Origin: Pseudomonadota bacterium
Lineage (GTDB): Bacteria; Bdellovibrionota; FAC87; UBA2466
Assembly (NCBI GenBank): GCA_043718025.1
Contig: JAYSWN010000029.1
Coordinates: 1-15,380 of the forward strand
Direction: 5' to 3'
DNA length: 15,380 nt
The translations under genes were made by a program, and so were the position numbers. The first letter of the stretch is position 1. The number at the start of each line of letters is the position of its first letter. The notes beneath the pieces were generated by a model. The model was not told the origin of the DNA, ran no database searches, and saw only the letters and a list, made by a program, of their open reading frames with translations. Below are positions 1 through 8,235 of this stretch, piece by piece.

Positions 1-336
1 TTGGTCCTAAAAAGCCAATTCTTTCTTACCCCCAATCCCGGCTACATCGAGGCCGTCGAGGGGCTGGTAAAGGCCGATCAGGCCCTTTTTTCTGGCGGAC
101 ACGTAGCTCGAATCCGAGCCCTTTTCTATAACGAACTCAAATTCATTAATGGGGGGGCCAGTCCGTTTCGCAATACCGAGTCGTTAGTGGCCGAAGTGGG
201 TTTTCGCAGCTGTAGCAGTGCGGCCTTTCCCCTGGGCGGAAACCCGTGGGCCAGCCTAGGCGCGTTGGGATTGTGGTTGATGAGTGTGTTGGCGACAGGC
301 CGGGCGTGGAGCAAGCGGAAAGAGGCGGGGAAATGA
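1..336 (+). CDS. 3' end (partial) of probable M36/M4-family zinc metallopeptidase with C-terminal membrane anchor/sorting tail
   Basis: Frame is open from base 1 to TGA at 334-336. LVLKSQFFLTPNPGYIEAVEGLVKADQALFSGGHVARIRALF resembles the C-terminal helices of fungalysin/thermolysin-like proteases. It is followed by SCSS, a hydrophobic helix and KRK. The HExxH catalytic motif would lie outside the window. Confidence 0.55.
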   Translation: MVLKSQFFLTPNPGYIEAVEGLVKADQALFSGGHVARIRALFYNELKFINGGASPFRNTESLVAEVGFRSCSSAAFPLGGNPWASLGALGLWLMSVLATGRAWSKRKEAGK

Positions 337-1223
337 GGAAAAACACGGCCCGTTTGCCCTTAATGGTGATTCTGACGGCCTGGGTTTCGATGGGCGCTTT
401 CGGTGAAGAGCCCGGCACCTCCACGCATTTTGTGCGCAGCTGCTTGGTCTTTTCGGAGCCGTCACTCAAAGCTAGCAATGTTTGCAAGAAGAAGGCGGGC
501 GAAAAGATCAGTTACAGCGATTCGGCACCGGGCGGCTTCGTTCAGGTGGAAATGGAGGACTGCGCTGGTTATGTACCCGATACCTGTGTCGCCGGTCCTA
601 TGTTGGCCGAAAAGACCGGCGTAAAGCGCACCCCACCGCATCGTCGTTTTCTATTTAGAATGGGATTAGGGGCGAGTTTTGATGGCACGCTCGCTTCGGT
701 TACGGGCAACTCGGCCCTTTCTCGGGGGGACGGGTGGTCGTTTAATGCGCGATTTGATATTGCGCTTAACGATCGGTTTTACCTATCGATCCTTCCCCAG
801 CTTCAAACCCTAGGCCTGACGCGCAGTCTGGCTGCCACGGGCGGGGCGCTGGTCGACCCGTCGCCGTCGTCATTTAATCAACGGGTGAAGTTTTATGGCG
901 TTCAGGCTCTGCTTGGGATCGTAGTTCACCGCAAGTTTTCTGATGCTAACCCCATTACCGATCCGGAAATTTCTTTAGAAGGGGGGCTTCAATACTTGAT
1001 CCCGTACGAGGCAATTCAGACTGACTCCACGGGCACCAAGATTGCTTTTGCCGCCACCGACCGACCACTGCTATTGGTCGTTGGGCCAACCCTGGATATA
1101 AGCTGGAACTCAAGTTTTTCGACACTATTTCACGGCCAGTTTTTCTATAATGTCGGCGGCGGCAGCGGCAGCCGCTTTTTTGGGGGCAGGGTGGCAATTG
1201 CGTTAATGGCTGGTCTGTTATAA
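333..1223 (+). CDS. Exported protein: Cys-containing SH3-like N-terminal domain plus putative outer-membrane beta-barrel
   Basis: ATG at 333 overlaps the upstream stop (ATGA) and follows a purine-rich AGAGGCGGGG. Signal peptide [24 protein letters not shown]. The N-domain has 4 Cys and ends in [14 protein letters not shown]. The C-terminal part has alternating amphipathic strands ([50 protein letters not shown]). Confidence 0.55.
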   Translation: MRKNTARLPLMVILTAWVSMGAFGEEPGTSTHFVRSCLVFSEPSLKASNVCKKKAGEKISYSDSAPGGFVQVEMEDCAGYVPDTCVAGPMLAEKTGVKRTPPHRRFLFRMGLGASFDGTLASVTGNSALSRGDGWSFNARFDIALNDRFYLSILPQLQTLGLTRSLAATGGALVDPSPSSFNQRVKFYGVQALLGIVVHRKFSDANPITDPEISLEGGLQYLIPYEAIQTDSTGTKIAFAATDRPLLLVVGPTLDISWNSSFSTLFHGQFFYNVGGGSGSRFFGGRVAIALMAGLL

Positions 1224-1233
1224 GGCCAAGGGC

Positions 1234-1641
1234 ATGAATGAATTCGATTTTGGTACCACCCCTTTTCACGGTCTCGAAGCATTTGAAAACCCAGACAAAA
1301 CCCGGCGCTATTCAATTGAGTTTGGTTGCCCTGAATGGACGGCGGTTTGTCCGCGCAGTGGGTTTCCTGACTTTGGCACCATTCACATTAACTACGAGCC
1401 GCGCGAGAGCTGTGTGGAGCTAAAATCGCTGAAGCTGTACCTAAACAGCTACCGCGACGTAGGCATCTTTCACGAGGCGGCGGTGAATAAAATTTTGACC
1501 GACCTGGTAAAAGCCACTCGGCCTTGGAAAATGGAAGTGTGGGGCGATTTCAACGTGAGAGGCAATATCAAAACAATTATTCGGGCGAAGTATCAGGCGG
1601 ATGACTATGACACTGCCGGACCATCGGGTCGGGTGTTGTGA
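1234..1641 (+). CDS. queF: NADPH-dependent 7-cyano-7-deazaguanine (preQ0) reductase, unimodular QueF
   Basis: Contains [10 protein letters not shown] (catalytic Cys/Asp), the QueF motif [12 protein letters not shown] and FNVRGNI. Length 135 aa. Confidence 0.95.
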   Translation: MNEFDFGTTPFHGLEAFENPDKTRRYSIEFGCPEWTAVCPRSGFPDFGTIHINYEPRESCVELKSLKLYLNSYRDVGIFHEAAVNKILTDLVKATRPWKMEVWGDFNVRGNIKTIIRAKYQADDYDTAGPSGRVL

Positions 1642-2270
1642 AAGATCTCTTCGCCGGATACAAATCGCCATCGAATCTGTTGAACCTTCCCAATCTGTTG
1701 ACCTTGGGTCGCCTAATTTTGGTGCCGGTGATTGGCCTGCTGCTGGCTTTAGACTCTGACCAACCCCCTTTTGAGCAAGATTGGATGTTTCGCTACTCGC
1801 CGGGAAAAATCGCGTCGCTGGTTTTGGCTTTGGCTGGAATCACCGATCTGCTCGATGGCTACTTTGCGAGAAAGTGGGGCATCGAAAGTCTACTCGGCAA
1901 ATTTTTAGACCCGGTGGCCGATAAACTGCTGTTGCTCGTTTCCCTAGTGATGTTAATGCGCTTGGAGAGGGTGGATGCTTGGCTGGTCATTTTGCTTCTG
2001 TCGCGGGAGTTTTTGATCACGGGTTTAAGGGGCGTGGCGGCGGGTGAAGGGCTTATTATTGCGGCCGGCAGTTCGGGAAAGTACAAGCTCACGTTTCAGC
2101 TTATCGGTCTGGGTTTTTTAATGTGGTACGGCAGTTTTTTTGGCGCGTCAGCCTATCCCATTGGCGTTTGGATTTTATATTTCGCCATGGTGATTTCGCT
2201 CGTGAGTGGCTACATCTACCTTAGCGATTTTCTAATTGCGCTGGAGAAAAAGCGCAAAGCTGTGAATTAA
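1638..2270 (+). CDS. pgsA: CDP-diacylglycerol--glycerol-3-phosphate 3-phosphatidyltransferase
   Basis: Contains [10 protein letters not shown], the CDP-alcohol phosphotransferase motif [36 protein letters not shown] and GKYK. The GTG start overlaps the queF stop (GTGA). Confidence 0.93.
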   Translation: MKDLFAGYKSPSNLLNLPNLLTLGRLILVPVIGLLLALDSDQPPFEQDWMFRYSPGKIASLVLALAGITDLLDGYFARKWGIESLLGKFLDPVADKLLLLVSLVMLMRLERVDAWLVILLLSREFLITGLRGVAAGEGLIIAAGSSGKYKLTFQLIGLGFLMWYGSFFGASAYPIGVWILYFAMVISLVSGYIYLSDFLIALEKKRKAVN

Positions 2271-2324
2271 CTAACCTGGTATTCGAGCCGCGGCAGCGGG
2301 GCGGTCTATTTCAGATGTTTGTGC

Positions 2325-5300
2325 CTATTCAATTGTAGGCAATCCGCCGTTAGACGAGCGAGATTCTCGGGCTCCGCCTTCTTCGCCGGGGGTACGTTTG
2401 CTTTCTTGCAGGGCCTTTCGGAACATCTGATCATCGTTACTTTGGCCGTCCATGAACTCCGAGAGCAACTGACGGGCCTGTTCATTCTCTTTTTCGACGT
2501 CCATCAAGAAGTAACCCAAACTGAGTTTGGCGTAAGGGTCGTGTTTGAATTTTTTGTTGAGCTCGACGAGCTCATCTTTGGCGTGGTCGATTTCGCGGTT
2601 CTGCAACTGCGCGATGGCGTAACCGACGCGAGCCGTAGCGTCGTCCTTTTGAATCTGCAGCGCCTTTTCAAAATGTTTTTTGGCTTCAAAGCCATTGCGG
2701 TATTTCAAAGCGATAAAACCCAAGTTGATCAGCCCCTCGCGCGGCTGCTCCATCAGCGTCGACTCTTGAAAGTAATCAATTGCCGTATGTTCGGACCCTT
2801 CGAGGTAAGCAACCATGCCTAGGTTATTCCACAGCGCCGCGGTTTTTACCCCGCGAGCCATCATGGCGAGCCAGGTCACTTTGGCCGCCGGCACATTGCC
2901 CAGGTCCAGTTGCGTAAGGGCCAGCAGATTATGCAATGACTGGTTGCCCGGATCGCGGGTGATCGATTGTTGAATTAGCATCAAAGCTCGCTGCGGCGCC
3001 ACCACGCGGGTCAAATTCAAGAAGGCGAACGAAACTCCTTTGCGAGAGTCTTCTGGCTTCTCCGATTCAAAGGCGGCTTTTAGGTTTTGGTTACGTTCAT
3101 CGCTAAGTGATTTGTAAAAGAGCAAGGCCGGCGACAGGCTGGCATTTGAATTGGTCTGATTGGCTTCGTAGAGCGACCCCCGGGTATTGGCCACCGCACG
3201 ATCGGGTGTAGTACGGAAGAGCCAAGAGGCAAAGAACGGATACGAGTAGCTCTGTACTTTGCCAATCGTAATTTTTGATTCACCCTTGGTAGGTACCATG
3301 AGCGCCGTCTGCAGGGGCGGCAAATAAAAGGTTCGGGCGGCGGGATAACGCTCAGGCTGCATTTCGCTGGCCACCGAGTAACAGCGCGGCGTCCACGAAG
3401 ACAACACGTTAAACTCTTGCGCCTTATCTAAACACTGTACGGCTAAACCCAGGGCCTTTTCTTTAAAGGGGACAACCATCGTTTTCTTGATTTCTGTTCG
3501 GTACAAATCTAATTGTTCGGCGTTTAGCTCGGCCGGCACCGGTGCTTCGTTTACCGCTTCGGCCATGTCGTTGTACATCGCCGACGATTTATAAATGGCC
3601 GCCAGTCCCCATTCGGCGGTGCCCAATTTGATAATTTTCTGGTACTCGCCGTCCAATTCTTTTAACAACGCCAACTTTTTGCGAAGATTAGTCTCGAGCG
3701 TCTGCTGGGGTAGGGCGAGTTTCAAAGAGTAAAAATAGTCTTCACGCTGTTTTGCAATCCAGAAATGAAGCTTCGATAGAGCCTCGGCACCTTCGGGTGT
3801 TGCCGCCAACGCATTTTGCGCGCGGCCAGCCACCTTGATAGCGTCTTCAATCACGTGATTTTTTCCGCGTGCTCCGTTCTCAGCCAAAATCTCGGCAATG
3901 CGAACGCTATAAATCACGTACTGGGTAAGCGCTAGTCCGCGTTGGGCCCGAAGCTCAAGTAAGAACTTTACCGACTTCTCAACATTGCCGCCGCTTTGGT
4001 AAATTGACAGTAAATCGCCCTCGATGAGTTTGGCCTGATCCGGATAGGCGCGAAATGCGGTACGCATCACGCTTTCGGCCTTCGGTGTCTGTCCCGCACC
4101 CCAGTAATAGAGGCCGGCCAAACGCATCGCGATTTTAGCCTGCGCATTCTTGCCGTACTGAGTGGCAAACATTTCGAAGTACTTCGCCGCCTTTTCAAAG
4201 ATGGCGAGATTTTCGTAGGTTTTTGCCACCTGCAACAGCATGCTTTCGCGAAACGCGCTTTTAGGGAAACGGCGTAAAAAATGTTCCTGCGTTTCTACCG
4301 CGGTCATCAGCAAACCGGCTTTGCCGTAATCAATGGCGGCGTTGTAAAGCGCCTTCTCAAAGAGCGCTTCGTCTTGGCGGCCATAGGCTTTTGAGTATTC
4401 GACGTAACCATCGGCAGCTTCTTTAAAATCGCCTTTTTCTTCAAGTAGTGTGATCTGTTTTAGTTCGGATCTTCGCAACACGTCGGCTACGTCAGTCTTA
4501 AACTTGACTTGGGAAAGCTGACTTGCTGGCTCTAAGAATTTTTTACACGCGGCGATGAGTTTAGGGAATTCTTTGCGACGGTTTAAGATATCTAAGATTA
4601 GGTAGGCCGAGCCGTAGGCCGTTTCATGCTTGGGATAGCGGGTGACGATCTGCCAAAAACTACGGTACGCATTCACCAGTTCGTGATGCGTGTATTGCAA
4701 GTAGGCTTGGGTGTAGAGCACGTGCGGGGCGTCTTTTTGATCGGCGTACTTGCTCAAATACTCCTTAGAAATATCAACAAATTTGGTCTCGGCATCGGTG
4801 AAGGGCACGGCTTCTAGAACCGCATCCTCTTTCTCTTTTAGTTTCGCGGAATTCTTGACCGAGATTTCCTTCAGGCCGGCTTTTTTACGAGCGCTATTTA
4901 GTTCGCGGTCTAATGAATTAAGGGCGTACCGAATGGAGTCAAGCTTGAGCTCGCCAGCGCTCGGTGACTTGTAAACAGCGTAATACTGATCTGACGCCGG
5001 CACGTATTCGTTCTGTTTGTATAGAATTTCGGCCAGAAAAAAGCGAACTTTTGGGGAGTGCGTCGCATTGGGGAAGTACTCTAAGTACTTCGTATATAAC
5101 TTACGCGCGGAGGCGTACATCGTTTCATTCTTGGTTTTTTGACCGTCGGCGTGAAGTTGAAAGGCAAATTTACGAGCCGTTTCTTCGAATGCCATTTTTG
5201 CTTCGGTGATAGTGGCGGGAACGGTAGAGTTTAATTCGTACCAGTTCGAATTTTCGAGGTAGCCAGGAAAACGGGAAAATAGGCGTTCGACGGCCTTGGT

Positions 5301-6401
5301 GGTGTCACCCATTAAGCGGTAAGATTCTACGATTTGAATGTCGTAGGTTGGGTTTTTTGCGTGATTGGCATCGAGGCCGAGCAATGTTTCGTAGAGGTAG
5401 TTGCCATTCTTATAATCCCCTTTTTCGCGGTAGAGGCCGGCCATTGATTCGAGGCCACGGCGGTAATGCGGCTCGCCTTGTGCGTTGAAAAACGCAACCG
5501 ATTCGGCCACCAGTTTTAGATCGACGAAGGGAAGGGCCACGTCCTTAATCGCTTCGTTTTTAATGCGAATGGGGTTGCCGGTTGTCGTGTCTTCGGCGTC
5601 TTCATTCTGAATGACCCATTTGAAATGTTGCAGGGCCGCTTGGGGCCGTTGTTGGTTGTAGGCGCACCATGCTTTTTTGTAGGCCGCATAGGTCAAAAGT
5701 GGTTTGTATTTCTTTTGTATGATGCGGTCGTAGTAAGGTTCTGCCTTGGCGAATTGATTGGCATCGAAGTGATGATCAGCCAATTGCACAGTTGAGTCAT
5801 TGACGTAGCGAGAATTTGGGTTTTCGACGGACAGTTTTTTGAAATAGGCCATCGCCTCTTCGGTTTTCCCCATGTCCAACGAGGATTGCGCCAAAAAGAA
5901 GACCATTTCATCTCGTCGAGGGTGACGATCGTAACGAACGACCAGGTCACGGTAAATCGCGCGTGCCTTACTTAGCGATCCGACGGCTTCGGCACTATCT
6001 AATTTAGGCCCGTTTTTGCATTTTTTTGCGTCGCAGGCTTTAAGTTCGCGATCGAACCTAATTTGGGCACGGGCTAAGGCGGCGGTATAGTCTTCGCGGT
6101 ACAGGGCAGCTAGACGAAGGTTTAGCTCGGCTTTTTGATCGGCGTCTTGGGCGTCTCGGATGAAGCGGCGAATATCGAGAATGAGACCACGGCGTTTTGA
6201 ATTCAGAACTTCAAAACGCTCAAGGTCAAACTCTTCATTCGGAGAAGAGGTTGGTCTGATCAACTGAGTGTATTTGCGAATCTTGATTCGCGATCGGGCG
6301 CTGCCGGCTTCGGCAAACAGACTTTTCGGCATTACTAAGCCGAAGGCCATTAAAAATAGAAATGCCGATCGCACCAAGAACCCGTGGTCTAACTTCGGCA
6401 T
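2325..6401 (-). CDS. Large exported TPR protein, GltD/AgmU-like gliding-motility type with extra C-terminal TPR block
   Basis: 1358 aa, with RBS GAGGT and a Sec signal peptide ending in SLFA. Many TPRs (YAAYKKAWCAY, FFLAEILY, ALYNAAIDY). Segment EWGLAAIY...APVPAELNAEQLDLYR...PFKEKA...AQEFNVLSSW...ERYP is typical of AgmU/GltD-family C-termini as I recall them. The TPR call is firm; the Glt assignment is less so. Confidence 0.7.
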   Translation of the reverse strand: MPKLDHGFLVRSAFLFLMAFGLVMPKSLFAEAGSARSRIKIRKYTQLIRPTSSPNEEFDLERFEVLNSKRRGLILDIRRFIRDAQDADQKAELNLRLAALYREDYTAALARAQIRFDRELKACDAKKCKNGPKLDSAEAVGSLSKARAIYRDLVVRYDRHPRRDEMVFFLAQSSLDMGKTEEAMAYFKKLSVENPNSRYVNDSTVQLADHHFDANQFAKAEPYYDRIIQKKYKPLLTYAAYKKAWCAYNQQRPQAALQHFKWVIQNEDAEDTTTGNPIRIKNEAIKDVALPFVDLKLVAESVAFFNAQGEPHYRRGLESMAGLYREKGDYKNGNYLYETLLGLDANHAKNPTYDIQIVESYRLMGDTTKAVERLFSRFPGYLENSNWYELNSTVPATITEAKMAFEETARKFAFQLHADGQKTKNETMYASARKLYTKYLEYFPNATHSPKVRFFLAEILYKQNEYVPASDQYYAVYKSPSAGELKLDSIRYALNSLDRELNSARKKAGLKEISVKNSAKLKEKEDAVLEAVPFTDAETKFVDISKEYLSKYADQKDAPHVLYTQAYLQYTHHELVNAYRSFWQIVTRYPKHETAYGSAYLILDILNRRKEFPKLIAACKKFLEPASQLSQVKFKTDVADVLRRSELKQITLLEEKGDFKEAADGYVEYSKAYGRQDEALFEKALYNAAIDYGKAGLLMTAVETQEHFLRRFPKSAFRESMLLQVAKTYENLAIFEKAAKYFEMFATQYGKNAQAKIAMRLAGLYYWGAGQTPKAESVMRTAFRAYPDQAKLIEGDLLSIYQSGGNVEKSVKFLLELRAQRGLALTQYVIYSVRIAEILAENGARGKNHVIEDAIKVAGRAQNALAATPEGAEALSKLHFWIAKQREDYFYSLKLALPQQTLETNLRKKLALLKELDGEYQKIIKLGTAEWGLAAIYKSSAMYNDMAEAVNEAPVPAELNAEQLDLYRTEIKKTMVVPFKEKALGLAVQCLDKAQEFNVLSSWTPRCYSVASEMQPERYPAARTFYLPPLQTALMVPTKGESKITIGKVQSYSYPFFASWLFRTTPDRAVANTRGSLYEANQTNSNASLSPALLFYKSLSDERNQNLKAAFESEKPEDSRKGVSFAFLNLTRVVAPQRALMLIQQSITRDPGNQSLHNLLALTQLDLGNVPAAKVTWLAMMARGVKTAALWNNLGMVAYLEGSEHTAIDYFQESTLMEQPREGLINLGFIALKYRNGFEAKKHFEKALQIQKDDATARVGYAIAQLQNREIDHAKDELVELNKKFKHDPYAKLSLGYFLMDVEKENEQARQLLSEFMDGQSNDDQMFRKALQESKRTPGEEGGARESRSSNGGLPTIE

Positions 6402-6459
6402 AGGACTACCTCATTTCAGGCGCCATTCAGTCCGCTCTACAACGGCGCCATCAATTGAT

Positions 6460-6813
6460 TTAGGCCGCGATAGCTTCTTCGACGTGAGCCACATTGACCG
6501 ACTTCGATATCGCTTCGCGTGCCTTTTTGGAAATCGCGGTGAACTGCACTGCCAGTCCTCGCCGCCCATCCGTTTCAACTCGGACAACTTTGCCCAAGGC
6601 CTGCACCGCATCGTGAAGGGAGTCACTCTTAATGACCACCCGCACTCGGCTGCCTTCGGGAATGCTAACCAACCGGTCAACAAATAAGCCGCCCGCGCTT
6701 AAATTATTTAACGGAGCAATGAATAGGCGGTTCTCATCGTGGATGAAAACTTTACCCGTGATCTGCGCTCTGACGTGAGTACGAATTAATGCCGATACTT
6801 TGCCGCTTCCCAT
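6460..6813 (-). CDS. Stand-alone PilZ domain protein (c-di-GMP receptor)
   Basis: Both c-di-GMP motifs are present: RxxxR (RTHVR) and D/NxSxxG (NLSAGG). Also GKVVRV and GLAVQF. Strong SD GGGAGG. Confidence 0.9.
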   Translation of the reverse strand: MGSGKVSALIRTHVRAQITGKVFIHDENRLFIAPLNNLSAGGLFVDRLVSIPEGSRVRVVIKSDSLHDAVQALGKVVRVETDGRRGLAVQFTAISKKAREAISKSVNVAHVEEAIAA

Positions 6814-6814
6814 A

Positions 6815-6850
6815 AATTCCTCCCGGTATGATTCATAATAGGGAGAAATT
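6815..6850 (-). promoter_or_regulatory. 5' leader hairpin sequestering the PilZ gene Shine-Dalgarno sequence
   Basis: The minus-strand RNA AAUUUCUCCC...GGGAGGAAUU forms 10 contiguous pairs (one G-U) and ends 1 nt before the AUG. There is an inner UAUG-aau-CAUA stem. Confidence 0.5.
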
Positions 6851-6879
6851 CACATTCGCGTCAAAGATTCGCCACACTT

Positions 6880-6931
6880 CACAATCAACAATTACCCTAT
6901 GATTTCATGAGCTAAAAACATGTTGATTGTG
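6880..6931. repeat. Perfect 11-bp inverted repeat in divergent promoter region
   Basis: CACAATCAACA (6880-6890) and TGTTGATTGTG (6921-6931) with a 30-nt spacer. Extendable by CCACA (6872-6876) / TGTGG (6933-6937). Confidence 0.7.
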
Positions 6932-7078
6932 TTGTGGATCATTCCAACATTACGAAAGCGCAAATCATCTCGGTCACTTTCACAGGCTCCTCTTATGCCT
7001 TTTCGACACGCACCCCCAAAGTCTTTAGGAGGCGACGTATCATTGAATTGGGGCATTTGAGACTTGAAGGGCGGGGAT

Positions 7079-8098
7079 ATGAAAATGGGACGCAAGAGAA
7101 TCGATGCATTTAAGGTTTGGCTTGGGGTCTGCGCCCTGATCTTAATCACGGTTAGCTGTCGTCAAACGGAAGAATTTTATTCTAACGTTATGCGCAGCGA
7201 TGTTTACACTCAGCAATACAGTTCCCAGAAGGTAGATTTTCTTTGGGTGATGGACAACTCAGGGTCGATGGCGCCTCGCCGGCAATTTGTTCGCGACAAC
7301 TTACAGGAGTTCGTAAACTTGCTGGGAAATCGCAAAGCGGCTGACTACCAGATGGCTTTTGTTACTACTAACATCCACCGCGACCACGGCGACCTCGTAG
7401 CCAGCCCCACGGGCTTAGAAGTGGTGAAAAGCACGGAATCGGTCGACCCCGTGGCGGACGCAGCTTCGATCATTAATAACGTAACCGATTCACTTTCGAG
7501 CTTCTGGGAACAAGGCTTGGAAAGCGCCTATCAGGCGTTGAGTAAGCACAAAGCTAAGTTTTCGCGCGTCGGGGTTCCTCTGATCATTGTCTTTTTAGGT
7601 GATGAAGACGACTACTCCTGCATGTCGAATTGCACGGGCGTGGAACCTGAACACAACCCCTTGTGGCAGGCCTATCCGCTCAATCGCTACGTCGATTATT
7701 TTCGCAATGTAAAAAAATCGGAGAATACCGACGTTCACTTGTTTCCGATCGTAATCACCGAAGCAAGCACCTGCGCCTACGCCAGTATCGGTTTGCGCTA
7801 CATGAAGGTGGCAGAGATGATGGGCGGATTATCGAAAAATGCCAGCGTTTGTGATTCTACCATCAACGCCAGCTATAAAGGCGTAGCCAAAGTGATCGCC
7901 GATCGGGCGGCTCGATTTAAGTTGTCATTCAAATCTAATGGTCAAGGATTGGCCGTCTATGTGAACAACGAGTTGGTGCCTTATCATCCCGACAACTACC
8001 TTTTCGATGAAGCGACGAACGAAGTGGTGTTTACCGGCGCGGTTCCTTCGCAGGGTTCCATCATTTATTTTCGGTACGATGAAAATTTTAAGAGATAA
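7079..8098 (+). CDS. VWA (MIDAS) domain lipoprotein, putative adhesin
   Basis: Start is ATG 7079 or 7085. Lipobox ITVS-C (Cys codon 7157-7159). VDFLWVMDNSGSM carries the DxSxS MIDAS motif; WEQGLESA and IVFLGDEDDYS are also present. A short beta-rich C-terminal domain follows. Confidence 0.85.
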   Translation: MKMGRKRIDAFKVWLGVCALILITVSCRQTEEFYSNVMRSDVYTQQYSSQKVDFLWVMDNSGSMAPRRQFVRDNLQEFVNLLGNRKAADYQMAFVTTNIHRDHGDLVASPTGLEVVKSTESVDPVADAASIINNVTDSLSSFWEQGLESAYQALSKHKAKFSRVGVPLIIVFLGDEDDYSCMSNCTGVEPEHNPLWQAYPLNRYVDYFRNVKKSENTDVHLFPIVITEASTCAYASIGLRYMKVAEMMGGLSKNASVCDSTINASYKGVAKVIADRAARFKLSFKSNGQGLAVYVNNELVPYHPDNYLFDEATNEVVFTGAVPSQGSIIYFRYDENFKR

Positions 8099-8235
8099 GT
8101 CTTTCTAAGCGACGACAACTAAGTGCAGAAGCAATGAGTAACCGCTTCTGTAAAAAAAATTAGCGCGCGAAATGAATGTAAGCGGATGGCGCGAATAACA
8201 GTGCTCAAATACGTTTGGGCACGGGGAAAGGGCCT

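Noticed and set aside
246..332. Longer N-terminus for the beta-barrel ORF (start 246)
   Set aside because: It overlaps the upstream CDS. ATG 333 gives ATGA coupling and a proper signal peptide.
2271..2324. tRNA or terminator after pgsA
   Set aside because: Only 54 nt with no cloverleaf. There is just a weak 4-bp CCGC-GGCA-GCGG stem and no adjacent U-tract.
2319..6687. Small alternative-frame ORFs within or opposite the TPR and PilZ genes (e.g. 2319-2822, 6268-6687, 6411-6683)
   Set aside because: No recognisable motifs, and they overlap well-supported genes.
6814..7078. c-di-GMP (GEMM) riboswitch near the PilZ gene; also checked 10820-10870
   Set aside because: Fragments such as GAAAG, CGCAAA and GGCAAA are present but not in the required order or stem context.
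8187..8204. Possible sigma-54 promoter TGGCGCG
   Set aside because: No TTGC at the required -12 spacing.
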